Part shown: positions 1-9,768 of the stretch, piece by piece
Position numbering within the stretch: position 1 is the stretch's first letter
Layout of the letters: every line of letters starts with the position of its first letter
Assembly: GCA_964558365.1 (NCBI GenBank)
Contig: CAZLCC010000010.1
Location: forward strand, 5,361-69,360
Length of the DNA: 64,000 bases
Reading direction: 5' to 3'
Source: an uncultured Candidatus Saccharibacteria bacterium
GTDB lineage: Bacteria; Patescibacteriota; Saccharimonadia; Saccharimonadales; Saccharimonadaceae
Translations under genes and position numbers: made by a program
The notes under the pieces: generated by a model
Told to the model about the DNA's origin: nothing
The model's database searches: none
The model's input: the letters and a program-made list of their open reading frames with translations, nothing else

Positions 1-86
1 TAATAAACTTCTGCAGAAGAGGGCGGATCGCTTGCAGAGTAAAAGTAGCTGATTTCTTTTAGCATAGGCGCTATACTAGTAGACGT

Positions 87-575
87 ATGAACAGTAATTT
101 TCTTGTGCCTTTAATTGCCGATGGTCTAATTGTTCTTATCGTTTTGATAGGGGTATACGCGCTCATTCGCTATGTTCCAAAAAAACAGCGCTATGCAACG
201 TATTGCTGCGTTTTAATGGCGGGGCTTACCTCTCTACTGATTGCAAAACTAGCTGGCGCAGTTTATCAACCTAGTGCGGTGCGGCCATTTGTAGAGCTTG
301 GCGTTTCGCCACAAGCTGCCTACATGAATAACCCCGGCTTTCCGTCAGACCATACACTACTTGCAGCGGCAATTACCTTTGCCGTGTTGTTTGCTGCAAA
401 ACAGCGAAAATTAGGACTGCTACTTGCAGGTTTAACAATCCTTATGGGCATTGGGCGAGTGGTAGCGCTGGTTCACACGCCAACCGATATTTTGGGCGGA
501 ATCCTTTTTGCTGCGATAGGCGCATTGTGGTATTTTCAATTACCCCAATATAAAACTACAAAGTTGCGTAAATAG
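87..575 (+). CDS. PAP2-family phosphatase (undecaprenyl-diphosphatase-like), integral membrane
   Basis: Shows the three acid-phosphatase motifs in order: RP (AVRPF), PSDH (PSGH-like) and RVVALVHTPTD (Rx5Hx3D). Has multiple TM helices. A TATACT -10 lies 9 nt upstream of the ATG. Confidence 0.75.
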   Translation: MNSNFLVPLIADGLIVLIVLIGVYALIRYVPKKQRYATYCCVLMAGLTSLLIAKLAGAVYQPSAVRPFVELGVSPQAAYMNNPGFPSDHTLLAAAITFAVLFAAKQRKLGLLLAGLTILMGIGRVVALVHTPTDILGGILFAAIGALWYFQLPQYKTTKLRK

Positions 576-633
576 AACGCTATATTTAATATAATTTTCT
601 CTTTTTGCGCAAAAGTGATATAATATAAGTATT

Positions 634-1155
634 ATGCAAGAAAGTGTAGCACAAGACCAAGCGCGAAAAGAGGTGGAAGAGTCTTTGCAAAAGTCGCAAA
701 GAATTATTGATATGAACTGGGCACAACTAAGCCGAGTAGCGCTTGTGGGCGCTGTAATTGGCGCGCTAACTTGGGGCCTTGCAATTTTGCTTCAGAATAT
801 TCTTATTGAGCCACTATTTTGTCGTTCTGCGGGTAACGCCGCAATTTGTGGCAACACACAGGGCATCGCATTTAATGGGGCTGCTGTTTTAATGGGGATA
901 GCTGGTGTGGCGGCTCTCGTGAAGCTTGCTGTGTATCGTCCATTGATTATTACTATTGCGTCTGTGGCTACTCTATGGGGCGCACAAGCGTGGCTAGGTG
1001 AGCTTTCTTGGTTTGCAAGCGTTGTTTGGCTGGCTCTTTTCTACGCGGTTTCTTACGCGCTATATTCTTGGGTTGTTCGAATATATAACTTGCCACTTGC
1101 AGTTTGTGTTGCGATTGTCATTATTATTGCAACGCGGTTGGTCATAACTAGTTAA
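634..1155 (+). CDS. hypothetical integral membrane protein (about 4 TM)
   Basis: Long ORF with hydrophobic helices. TGATATAAT extended -10 at 616-624. No recognisable family motif. Confidence 0.6.
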   Translation: MQESVAQDQARKEVEESLQKSQRIIDMNWAQLSRVALVGAVIGALTWGLAILLQNILIEPLFCRSAGNAAICGNTQGIAFNGAAVLMGIAGVAALVKLAVYRPLIITIASVATLWGAQAWLGELSWFASVVWLALFYAVSYALYSWVVRIYNLPLAVCVAIVIIIATRLVITS

Positions 1156-1173
1156 AGCCCGTATACTATAGCT

Positions 1174-2262
1174 ATGGAGCTAGCTATTTTTATTATTCTT
1201 ATTGCCGTGTTGGTGATTGGGTTTGGAGTAACGATTTTTATTCTTTCTCAACGCTTAAAAGACTTGCAGCAGCGTGGGGCAGCTGAACTTATTAAGCAAG
1301 ATGTTGTAGAGTTAACGCGTGGTGTGGGCGAGCTTCGAGAGAACTTGCAAAAAACAGTTGATACTCGCTTAGAACATAGCCATGCGTCAATGCAAAAACA
1401 GCTTAGTCAAAGTGCAAAGTTGGTTGCTGATGTAACTCAGCGCCTAACAAAGCTTGATGAGACGAACCGTCGAGTAGTAGATGTGGCTGATGAACTGAAA
1501 ACACTGCAGAACGTTTTGCAAAACCCAAAACAGCGTGGAGTATTTGGCGAATATTATCTAGAATCAGTTTTAAATAATGTGCTGCCGCCAGGGCGCTTTA
1601 AAATGCAGTATAAGTTTAAAGATGGGGAGATTGTTGATGCGATTATTATCTTAGAAGATAAGCAAATCCTGCCGATTGATAGCAAATTTAGTTTAGAAAA
1701 TTACAATCGTTTCATTGAAGAAAAAGATAAAACTCAAAGGTTGAAGTTATTGAATCAATTAAGGACGGATTTAAAGAAACGTATTGATGAAACAAGTAAG
1801 TATATTCGCCCGAATGAAAACACGATGGATTTTGCGTTCATGTTCATTCCAAGTGAGGCGCTGTATTACGATCTTCTTATAAACCAAGTTGGTGCCGGCA
1901 CGAGTGCATCGCGCGATCTGATTGAGTATGCTTTTAGAGATAAGCGAGTGATTATTGTAAGTCCAACCAGTTTTATGGCATATCTTCAAACGGTTTTGCA
2001 AGGTTTAAGAAGCTTGCAAATTGAATCTCAGGCAAAAGAGATTCAAAAGCGAGTAGGTGATCTCGGTAAGCATCTTGGCTCATATGATACGTATATGCAC
2101 AAGCTTGGAAACAGCCTTTCCACAACAGTCAATCACTTCAACACAGCTCACAAAGAGCTAAAAAAGGTAGATAAAGACGTGATAAAGATTAGTAAAACAA
2201 CGCCAGCGATTAAATCGCTGGTCGTTGATAGGCCGCATAGAGATGATGAGCTAGCAGATTAA
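1174..2262 (+). CDS. rmuC: DNA recombination protein RmuC
   Basis: N-terminal TM helix, long coiled coil and a C-terminal nuclease-like core (RGVFGEYYLESVL, FMFIPSEALY), as typical of RmuC. Confidence 0.8.
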   Translation: MELAIFIILIAVLVIGFGVTIFILSQRLKDLQQRGAAELIKQDVVELTRGVGELRENLQKTVDTRLEHSHASMQKQLSQSAKLVADVTQRLTKLDETNRRVVDVADELKTLQNVLQNPKQRGVFGEYYLESVLNNVLPPGRFKMQYKFKDGEIVDAIIILEDKQILPIDSKFSLENYNRFIEEKDKTQRLKLLNQLRTDLKKRIDETSKYIRPNENTMDFAFMFIPSEALYYDLLINQVGAGTSASRDLIEYAFRDKRVIIVSPTSFMAYLQTVLQGLRSLQIESQAKEIQKRVGDLGKHLGSYDTYMHKLGNSLSTTVNHFNTAHKELKKVDKDVIKISKTTPAIKSLVVDRPHRDDELAD

Positions 2263-2673
2263 TTAGCGTTTGAAATTTACAACTCGGCGAACAGTACCAT
2301 CATACTTACTATTAACGATCACAAGTACTTTCACGGATTTTGGCTTTTTCCCCCCGAGCCGTTTGAGATATATTTTCTTACCTCTTATATCGGTCCCACC
2401 ATAACATGATCCTGGGTCAGCCTGGAGATCACCATACCACCCCCAGCAGAAGCTAGTATTTGGGTTTGCAATGTCTCTAGGGTATCTAACTTTTGCTATT
2501 AAACCCCAATTACCATTTTTGCCGTAGATTTTTCCTCTTTTGACAATCCCCACAGAAGCCGCTTCTGTGGTTGGCGCAATAATTGTTATTAAACTAAGAC
2601 ACATCATTAGTGCAGTAGCAAATAGAGCGATAACTTTGAAATTATGCTTGCTAAGGATAATTTGTGAAAACAT
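2263..2673 (-). CDS. small secreted hypothetical protein
   Basis: N-terminal signal peptide (hydrophobic core ending in TEA-AS). Gly/Trp/Tyr-rich mature part. No family recognised. Confidence 0.55.
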   Translation of the reverse strand: MFSQIILSKHNFKVIALFATALMMCLSLITIIAPTTEAASVGIVKRGKIYGKNGNWGLIAKVRYPRDIANPNTSFCWGWYGDLQADPGSCYGGTDIRGKKIYLKRLGGKKPKSVKVLVIVNSKYDGTVRRVVNFKR

Positions 2674-2763
2674 TTTTCTTTCCTTTTACTGTTTTTATTT
2701 TAACTAATAATGACCTTAGTATACATAATTATTAAAAAAGCACAAGCATTTTTTAAAGAATAA

Positions 2764-2787
2764 AAATAGCCCCGAAAGGGGCTATTT
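2764..2787 (-). terminator. rho-independent terminator of the aquaporin gene
   Basis: Perfect 10-bp stem AAATAGCCCC/GGGGCTATTT with a GAAA loop. On the minus strand it is followed by a U-rich tract, 20 nt after the stop codon. Confidence 0.7.
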
Positions 2788-2807
2788 AAATAAAAGCTAC
2801 TTGTAAA

Positions 2808-3560
2808 TTATTTACGTCGCTTTAAGAGTTTGTGTACTTGGTTTACGTCGTCAAGTAGCACTTGGTAAACGATGAAACCAGCAGCTGCACCAACGAGTGG
2901 GGCAAAGAAGTAAACTGCTAGTGGCCATGTATCCCAGTTGATAGCCTGTAGTGCAACAGCAACTGCAGGGTTTAGGATCGCAGCGCTACCAGAGATGATA
3001 AGGCCTAGGAAAAGACCACCACCAACGGTGAAAGCTGCCGCCATTCGTTCTTTCTTCTCGCGCAAGGCGCTTGCAACGGCAAAGCCAAAAATACCAGCAC
3101 CAAGCATTTCAGCGAAGAATGCATACCATTCTTTTCCTTCTGTAATTGCTTCTGCTTTAAATAGCTCTGCTGCAGTTGCCTGGCCAGTTAATGGATTCAT
3201 TTGTCCTGGTTGACCATTAACAAGCCACTGTAATACTACGAGTGCAAGCATTGCACCGAGCACTTGCGCAACGATATAACCGAGTGCACGCAATGTTGTT
3301 ACACGGTGTGTTACCCATGCACCAAAAGTGATAGCTGGGTTAACGTGTGCACCTGAAAGCTGACCAACTGCAAGTACGATTGCAACAAGTGCAAATAGTA
3401 CAAAAATTGGTTGACCGCTCACAGAGATTACAACCGCTGCTAATATAAATGTGCCGATAAACTCACCAAGTAGCGCTCCTAATGGAGTGCGGAAAATGAT
3501 GTTGTTATCTTTGGCACTTTTGGCTGACGATGCTTTTGCACCAGTCTTTTTAGTCGCCAT
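2808..3560 (-). CDS. MIP-family channel (aquaporin/glycerol facilitator)
   Basis: Two NPA boxes (HVNPAITF and ILNPAVAV) and six TM helices. Start moved to the ATG at 3560 (MATKK), which is preceded by GAGGAGGG. The upstream ORF extension looks non-coding. Confidence 0.85.
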   Translation of the reverse strand: MATKKTGAKASSAKSAKDNNIIFRTPLGALLGEFIGTFILAAVVISVSGQPIFVLFALVAIVLAVGQLSGAHVNPAITFGAWVTHRVTTLRALGYIVAQVLGAMLALVVLQWLVNGQPGQMNPLTGQATAAELFKAEAITEGKEWYAFFAEMLGAGIFGFAVASALREKKERMAAAFTVGGGLFLGLIISGSAAILNPAVAVALQAINWDTWPLAVYFFAPLVGAAAGFIVYQVLLDDVNQVHKLLKRRK

Positions 3561-3660
3561 AGAGTTCTTACCCTCCTCTAATTTATTACTTATATATACG
3601 AGGGCAGTATAGCATATTGTTGCCTTAAGCGGTATATTAATAATAAGAAAAGGGGATAGA

Positions 3661-3891
3661 ATGGGATTATTTTTACGACAGAACGAAGACAGGAGTAAGC
3701 TACAGTCTCGGCTGGCAAGTGAGCTCAAAGGCAAATTGAGTGAACAGCAGAAAGTTGACTCTCCAGAAGTTGATCCGCAATTTTTAGAAGATAATCACAA
3801 AGCAACACCAGCAAGTATGGTGATGCTTGTGTTAGGCGTTATTTTGGTCGTAGCATTTATTGTATGGTTTATAATTTATTCGGCTAATTAA
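3661..3891 (+). CDS. small tail-anchored membrane protein, hypothetical
   Basis: 76-aa ORF with a charged N-terminal part and a single C-terminal TM helix. Directly precedes the next gene. Confidence 0.45.
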   Translation: MGLFLRQNEDRSKLQSRLASELKGKLSEQQKVDSPEVDPQFLEDNHKATPASMVMLVLGVILVVAFIVWFIIYSAN

Positions 3892-3893
3892 TC

Positions 3894-4748
3894 ATGACAG
3901 AAGAAATAAATAAAACGCCAAATCAGCAAGAAAATAAAGAAGAAAATATTTTTATTGCTAATCCTGAGCCACCCAAGAAAGCAAAAACGAATACTGTGCT
4001 TTTAGCGGTGATAGCAACTATTACTTTTGTCATAGTTATCGTGGTCGCTATAATGCTCTGGTCTTTAAGTGCGGCCAACCAAGCAGCAAAAAAACATGAA
4101 CTTGCAGCGCAAGAACAAGTTTCAGGCTTGCAAGTCGCGCTTGATATTTTAAAGCCAGATCAAGTAGTAAATAATAAAAGTTTAGAACCGATATTACAAA
4201 AGATAGAAGAGTTGAAGCCGCCTAAACTAAGCAGTGTTTTCTTTGCTTCAACGCTCAGCGCGCAGTATAGGGTGGCAGAAGAAACAAACCAACAGGTTCA
4301 GAAACATTACGATTCTTTGCGTGAATATGTGGAAGACGCTGTACTTTCGGTTGAATTTAGCGATCAAATGAATAAAGTTCAAGCAGAGGCAAAAAATGCT
4401 GTAGAGGGCACACAGACACAAAATGCTGCTTCACTCCGTTCGCTTTCAGGCACTTACGGCAAGCTCGAGCAGCAGATTTTAGATAGCAATGCGCCCAGCC
4501 AATTTCAAGATCTTCAAGCGCAAATCGCAGAGCTATATGATGAGCAGGCTGATAATTATCAAAATTGGGCTGAGGCGGTTGAGCAAAATAAACCCGAAGA
4601 GATAGCAGAGATTCAAAAAGATATTGCCGAGAATAATAAAGATATAGAAGATCTAACCAGCGACGCAACATATATAGAACAATTCGAAGCATCATATAAA
4701 AACTTAGAAAAACAACAAAAAGCATTAGAAAAACGGCTGAATTCTTAA
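3894..4748 (+). CDS. membrane-anchored coiled-coil protein, hypothetical
   Basis: One N-terminal TM helix followed by a Q/E/K-rich helical region. No family motif. Confidence 0.6.
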   Translation: MTEEINKTPNQQENKEENIFIANPEPPKKAKTNTVLLAVIATITFVIVIVVAIMLWSLSAANQAAKKHELAAQEQVSGLQVALDILKPDQVVNNKSLEPILQKIEELKPPKLSSVFFASTLSAQYRVAEETNQQVQKHYDSLREYVEDAVLSVEFSDQMNKVQAEAKNAVEGTQTQNAASLRSLSGTYGKLEQQILDSNAPSQFQDLQAQIAELYDEQADNYQNWAEAVEQNKPEEIAEIQKDIAENNKDIEDLTSDATYIEQFEASYKNLEKQQKALEKRLNS

Positions 4749-4793
4749 AGCATAGCAACACTGTAATGCCTGATGTATACTAAATGGTAAGTT

Positions 4794-5810
4794 ATGAAAG
4801 AAGTTGAGGCGCTTAAAAAAGAGTTGCTTGCCCGTGTTCAAACAGAAAAAGAGCCACGGCGAGTTTTGCGCGCACCAGAAATTAAAGCGCTGTATGCCAA
4901 GCTGCCAAACTTAGATGCAAAAGAAAAAGCTGCGTTTGGGCAGGCGGTCAACCAACTTAAGCAAGAAGTCCAGCAAGCGATAGAAAAAAGGGAAGATGAC
5001 GCAGAGCAGGCAGAGCTTGCGCCGATTGATGTGACGGCTCCGTGGGATACCAACACTCATTTTAAAGACCGCCCTTCCCTACTCTCTACTGAAAATGGCA
5101 CGCAGCATCCGCTTACTCGTGAGCTAGAAAATGTTATCGATATCTTTACTCGTATGGGGTTTGAGGCGGTGGAGTCGCGACAAATTGACGATGATTACCA
5201 TATGTTCACCAGCCTTAATTTTCCAGAAAATCATCCAGCAAGAGACGACTACGATACCTTTAGAACAGAAGAAGGTTTTGTGCCTCCAGCGCATACCAGC
5301 ACCATGCAGAACCGCATTTTGAAAGCAGGGAAGAAGAAGCTGGAAGATGGTGGAAATATAGCAAGCATTAGTTATGGTCGGGTATTTAGAAACGAAGATG
5401 TTGACGCCACTCACGAGCACACATTCTATCAAGTTGAGGGTGTGTTTGTCAGCGAAGATGCAAGTTTGAGTCAAATGCTCGGCACGCTTCGTAGCTTTTT
5501 TGAAACGTATTATGGGCAGAAGCTAAAGATTAAAACTCAGCCTGCCTACTTCCCTTTTGTCGAACCTGGTCTAGAATTTGCTATTGAAAAACCAGCTGCG
5601 CTTGGCGGTAAGCCTGGCGAATGGCTTGAAATGCTTGGTTGTGGCATGATTCACCCAAATGTTTTAAAAATGGCGGGAATTGATCCGGAAAAATATCGTG
5701 GCTTTGCCTGGGGCGGTGGCGTAGAGCGCCTTGTGATGCTTAAATACGGCATTGAAGACCTTCGCCATTTTGAATCTGGAAAATTAGCGTTTTTGAGGAA
5801 GTTTGTATGA
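4794..5810 (+). CDS. pheS: phenylalanine--tRNA ligase alpha subunit
   Basis: Class II aaRS core motifs (FRNEDVDATHEHTFYQVEG, GFAWGGGVERL). Followed by pheT. Confidence 0.95.
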   Translation: MKEVEALKKELLARVQTEKEPRRVLRAPEIKALYAKLPNLDAKEKAAFGQAVNQLKQEVQQAIEKREDDAEQAELAPIDVTAPWDTNTHFKDRPSLLSTENGTQHPLTRELENVIDIFTRMGFEAVESRQIDDDYHMFTSLNFPENHPARDDYDTFRTEEGFVPPAHTSTMQNRILKAGKKKLEDGGNIASISYGRVFRNEDVDATHEHTFYQVEGVFVSEDASLSQMLGTLRSFFETYYGQKLKIKTQPAYFPFVEPGLEFAIEKPAALGGKPGEWLEMLGCGMIHPNVLKMAGIDPEKYRGFAWGGGVERLVMLKYGIEDLRHFESGKLAFLRKFV

Positions 5811-6316
5811 GTGAAGTAATTCCTATTGTAGATGATCAAGATAAATTGATTGCTTATAAAGATCGTAAAGCAGTTGACTATACTAAAGATATATTTCAGT
5901 CATCTGCTTTGTGGGTTGTTAACTCTAATGGTGATATCTTACTGGCGCAGAGAAAGTTAACCAAAAGCAAAGATCCTGGTAAGTGGGGTCCAGCAGTCGC
6001 AGGCACGGTTGAAAAAGGCGAGGATTACGAAACGAATATTTACAAGGAAGCGGAAGAAGAGATTGGTCTCACTGGTTACAAATTTGAAAAGCTAGCTAAA
6101 GAAAAGCTTTCTGCTCCATATCCCTATCCACAGTTTGTGCAATGGTTTCAGGTGACCGTGGATAAGCCGATTGATTACTTCACCGCTCAACTGGAAGAGG
6201 TAGAAAAGATTGAATGGGTAGGGCGTAATTGGTTAATGAAAGATGTCCAGGAAAATCCAGAGAAATACATAACTAGCATGGGTCGGGCTCTGACGTTTTT
6301 AAGGAGATCTACATGA
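5807..6316 (+). CDS. NUDIX hydrolase
   Basis: Nudix box GTVEKGEDYETNIYKEAEEEIGL (Gx5Ex7[RK]EAxEEIG). Its start overlaps the pheS stop (ATGA). Confidence 0.85.
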   Translation: MSEVIPIVDDQDKLIAYKDRKAVDYTKDIFQSSALWVVNSNGDILLAQRKLTKSKDPGKWGPAVAGTVEKGEDYETNIYKEAEEEIGLTGYKFEKLAKEKLSAPYPYPQFVQWFQVTVDKPIDYFTAQLEEVEKIEWVGRNWLMKDVQENPEKYITSMGRALTFLRRST

Positions 6317-8805
6317 TAATTTCACTAAATTGGCTAAAGCAGTTCACTAGTATTAACAGTTCGGTTGATGAATTAGCGACGCTAATTGGCGCGCGATTGG
6401 TTGAGATTGAAGAAGTAATTGACCTTGGTAAGAAATATGAAGATGTGATTGTGGCGAAAATCATGAGTGTTGAAAAGCACCCAGATGCAGATAAATTGCA
6501 TGTGGTACAGATTGATGACGGTGACAAAGCAAAAAGTGTGAAGCGACTAGAAAACGGCTTGGTGCAAGTGGTGTGCGGCGCGCCGAATGTGAAAGAGGGC
6601 ATGTTGGTTGCGTGGCTTCCACCTGGTGCTGCTGTGCCAGAAACGTTTGAGAGTGAACCGTTCGTGCTTGAAGCGCGCAAACTTCGGGGTGTGGTGAGCA
6701 ATGGCATGTTGGCAAGCGCCAAAGAGCTTGATTTTGGCGATGATCACACTGGGATTATTGAGATCGATAAAGACGCAAAACCAGGGGATTCTTTTGCAGA
6801 AATGTATGAACTAAATGACTACTTACTTGATATTGAAAATAAATCACTAACGCACCGGCCAGATTGCTTTGGCGTAATTGGCTTTGCCAGAGAAGTGGCA
6901 GCCATTCAGGGTAATGATTTTGAAACGCCAAAATGGCTAATGCAACTTGAGCCAAAACTAGCTGAAAAAGTAGCTAAAGACGACATGAACATTTCTGCAA
7001 AAGTTGAGAATGCTGACATTTGTGAGAGATATCAAGCGGTAATACTGAGCGGCGTGAATGCAAAGCTCCACTCGCCTCTTCAAATTCAAAGCTATTTAGC
7101 TCGAATTGGCATGAAGCCGATTAGCGCTGCGGTTGATACGACAAACTATTTAATGGCGTTAACTGGTCAGCCGCTGCATGCATTTGATTACGATAAATTT
7201 GTGTCAGTGAGTTCCACCAAAAAAGCAGATATTGTAGTACGTGAAGCAAAGAAAGGCGAGAAGTTAACATTGCTTGATGGGCGAGAGATTGAGCTTGCTG
7301 CTAGCGATATCATCGTTTGTGCTGGTAAAACGCCAGTTGCACTCGCAGGAGCAATGGGCGGCGCTAGTACGGAAGTTGATGAAAATACAAAAAATATTTT
7401 ACTTGAAAGCGCAACATTTGATCTGTATCGTCTTCGCACAACACAAATGCGACATGCAATTTATAGCGAAGCAATTACGCGATTTACAAAAGGGCAGTCT
7501 GCCGCACAAACTGCGCCGGTGCTGGCGAGCGCCGTGCGAATGCTCTGCGATATTACAGGCGCAAAACGGGCGAGCGATGTGGTTGACGTGCGCGAAAAGG
7601 CCAAGACTACAAAACCAATTGTGGTATCAATTTCAAAGATTGAAAAAACTTTAGGCGTTGACTTAGAGCTTGATGAAATTGCCGAGCCACTTGAGGTAGT
7701 AGAATTTACGCTGAACGTAGTGAACGAAGATATTGAAGTGACGCCACCATATTGGCGTGGCGATATACATATCGGCGAAGATGTGATTGAGGAAATTGGT
7801 CGTATCCGCGGATTTGACTCAATCTCCCCTACTCTGCCGCGCCGTGGATTTGAGGCTGTGCGACCAAGCGAGTTTGATGAATTTCGTTCTCGTTTGCGTC
7901 AAATTTTGGTGCGAGCTGGTGCGAATGAAGTACTGATGTATAGCTTTATTCACGGTGATATTTTGAAAAAAGCTGGTCAAGATCCAAAAAATTCATATCG
8001 AATCACCAACTCAATTAGCCCGGATCTGCAATACTATCGCCAAAGCTTAACGCCGAGTCTATTGAGCTTAGTGCATTCAAATGTTAAAAACGGTTTTTCT
8101 AGTTTTGCATTGTTTGAAATGAACAAAGCTCATAACAAGGTTCATGGCTTAAACGATGAAGGCGTTCCTGGCGAAATTAATATGCTTGCAGCTGTCATAA
8201 CGAGCAAAAAGCCAAAAAGCGGTGCGCCGTATTATCAAGCGAGAAAACTGCTAGAATATGTCGGTGATTATTTGGGACTGAAGCTTGAATATAAGCAACT
8301 AGAAAAAGATCTAAAATATCCAGTAACTGAGCCTTTTGATTATCGACGTTCGGCGATGGTGTATGATCAGCCGTCTGGTGAATTTGTGGGCATGATAGGC
8401 GAATACAAACGGTCGGTAATTAAAAACTTTAAATTGCCTGAATATAGCGCTGGACTTGAACTAGATCCAGAAGGGTTATTAAAAGCCGTTAAAAAACAAG
8501 CGAACAGCTACAAACCACTTAGCCGTTATCCTGGAACATGGCAAGATATTTGCTTCCAGCTAAAGCCAGAGCAAACATACGGCGAAGTAGTAGCTGAGAC
8601 AGAAAAAGTGCTTGAAAAAGAAGAGTTAGAATGGAGTATTTTACCGACAGATATCTATCAGCCTGAAGATGGCGCATATAAAAATATTACAATTAGAATT
8701 CACCTAACAGATCATACAAAAACGATTACTTCAAAAGAGGCGAATGAAGTAGTTGCAAAAGTTGTTGCGAGCGTGACAAAAACACTACACGCAAAAGTAA
8801 TCTAG
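6313..8805 (+). CDS. pheT: phenylalanine--tRNA ligase beta subunit
   Basis: N-terminal tRNA-binding OB domain, B3/4 and B5 domains, and a C-terminal anticodon-binding domain. 830 aa. Confidence 0.95.
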   Translation: MIISLNWLKQFTSINSSVDELATLIGARLVEIEEVIDLGKKYEDVIVAKIMSVEKHPDADKLHVVQIDDGDKAKSVKRLENGLVQVVCGAPNVKEGMLVAWLPPGAAVPETFESEPFVLEARKLRGVVSNGMLASAKELDFGDDHTGIIEIDKDAKPGDSFAEMYELNDYLLDIENKSLTHRPDCFGVIGFAREVAAIQGNDFETPKWLMQLEPKLAEKVAKDDMNISAKVENADICERYQAVILSGVNAKLHSPLQIQSYLARIGMKPISAAVDTTNYLMALTGQPLHAFDYDKFVSVSSTKKADIVVREAKKGEKLTLLDGREIELAASDIIVCAGKTPVALAGAMGGASTEVDENTKNILLESATFDLYRLRTTQMRHAIYSEAITRFTKGQSAAQTAPVLASAVRMLCDITGAKRASDVVDVREKAKTTKPIVVSISKIEKTLGVDLELDEIAEPLEVVEFTLNVVNEDIEVTPPYWRGDIHIGEDVIEEIGRIRGFDSISPTLPRRGFEAVRPSEFDEFRSRLRQILVRAGANEVLMYSFIHGDILKKAGQDPKNSYRITNSISPDLQYYRQSLTPSLLSLVHSNVKNGFSSFALFEMNKAHNKVHGLNDEGVPGEINMLAAVITSKKPKSGAPYYQARKLLEYVGDYLGLKLEYKQLEKDLKYPVTEPFDYRRSAMVYDQPSGEFVGMIGEYKRSVIKNFKLPEYSAGLELDPEGLLKAVKKQANSYKPLSRYPGTWQDICFQLKPEQTYGEVVAETEKVLEKEELEWSILPTDIYQPEDGAYKNITIRIHLTDHTKTITSKEANEVVAKVVASVTKTLHAKVI

Positions 8806-8845
8806 CTTGGTATAATAGAAAAACATGAAACGATAAGGAGGGAAT

Positions 8846-9421
8846 GTGGCGACTACAAAGACACAGAGGGTTGGTATTTGGATAATTGCGATTGTTATGT
8901 TGGTAAGCACCATTGCGATGTTTCTTGGAATGATTTTAGCAAATCAGAACCAGGCTAAAGATAGCCAAGACCAAGCAGATACGCAAAAACAACTAGAGGA
9001 ATATCAGAAGAAACTTGAAGAGCAGGCGAAAGCGAATGCAGCTGCGTCTGAGCCACTAGATGGATACAGCGCTTCTTCTTTTGATGCAGCGAGTGTTAAA
9101 AAGTTGCAGGTACAAGAGTTGAAGCCTGGTACTGGCAAAGCAGCAGCTGAAAATAGCACTGTATCTGTAAACTATTTTGGCTGGACACCAAACGGTAAAA
9201 TTTTTGATAGTTCAAAAAAGAATGGCAAAGTAGAGCCGATAGAGTTCCCTCTTAACCAAGTTATTAAAGGTTGGACTCAGGGGCTTACGGGCGTAAAAGA
9301 AGGTGCGGTAGTAAAACTTACTATTCCAGCCGATCTTGCATATGGTGAACAGGGCAGCCCACCAAATATTCAGCCTAATGAGCCCCTAGTATTTATTGTA
9401 GAAATGAAGAAAGTACAATAA
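8846..9421 (+). CDS. FKBP-type peptidyl-prolyl isomerase, membrane anchored
   Basis: C-terminal FKBP domain (VSVNYFGW..GKIFDSS..IKGW..IPADLAYG). N-terminal TM helix. GTG start 5 nt after AAGGAGGG. Confidence 0.85.
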   Translation: MATTKTQRVGIWIIAIVMLVSTIAMFLGMILANQNQAKDSQDQADTQKQLEEYQKKLEEQAKANAAASEPLDGYSASSFDAASVKKLQVQELKPGTGKAAAENSTVSVNYFGWTPNGKIFDSSKKNGKVEPIEFPLNQVIKGWTQGLTGVKEGAVVKLTIPADLAYGEQGSPPNIQPNEPLVFIVEMKKVQ

Positions 9422-9509
9422 ATACAACATATAGCGTATTGCATTATTAAATAAACACCATATATAATAAAAAGAACCACGCCAAGCAAAATAGAAAGAG
9501 AGGGAAAAC

Positions 9510-9761
9510 GTGTCAAAAAATATTACTATTTACACCACAAATACCTGTGCGTATTGTTCAATGGTAAAGAAATACCTTACTACTAAGGGTCATGAATACA
9601 AGGAAGTAAATCTTGATGAACGGCCAGAAGAGCGACAAAAAGCGATCGATCTTAGCGGCCAAATGACTGTACCAATTACAGTTATTGAGAATGAGGGCGG
9701 ACAGCCAAGTATAGCAGTCGGCTGGAATCCTGGAAAATTAGCAGCAGCTTTAGGATCTTAG
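9510..9761 (+). CDS. glutaredoxin-like protein (NrdH/Grx family)
   Basis: 83 aa with a CAYC redox motif in a thioredoxin-fold context (ITIYTTNTCAYCSMVKKYL). Sits upstream of trxB. Confidence 0.75.
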   Translation: MSKNITIYTTNTCAYCSMVKKYLTTKGHEYKEVNLDERPEERQKAIDLSGQMTVPITVIENEGGQPSIAVGWNPGKLAAALGS

Positions 9762-9768
9762 GTTAGTA

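Noticed and set aside
2808-3734. Longer N-terminal extensions offered by the ORF track for the aquaporin, and likewise for rel (13932 TTG), gatC (26083), maeB (38511), tyrS (53629 GTG), recG (54869 TTG) and rsmD (57703)
   Set aside because: The extensions are not part of the conserved protein families and run through promoters or upstream genes. Internal ATG codons with an SD or a nearby -10 box fit the family N-termini better.
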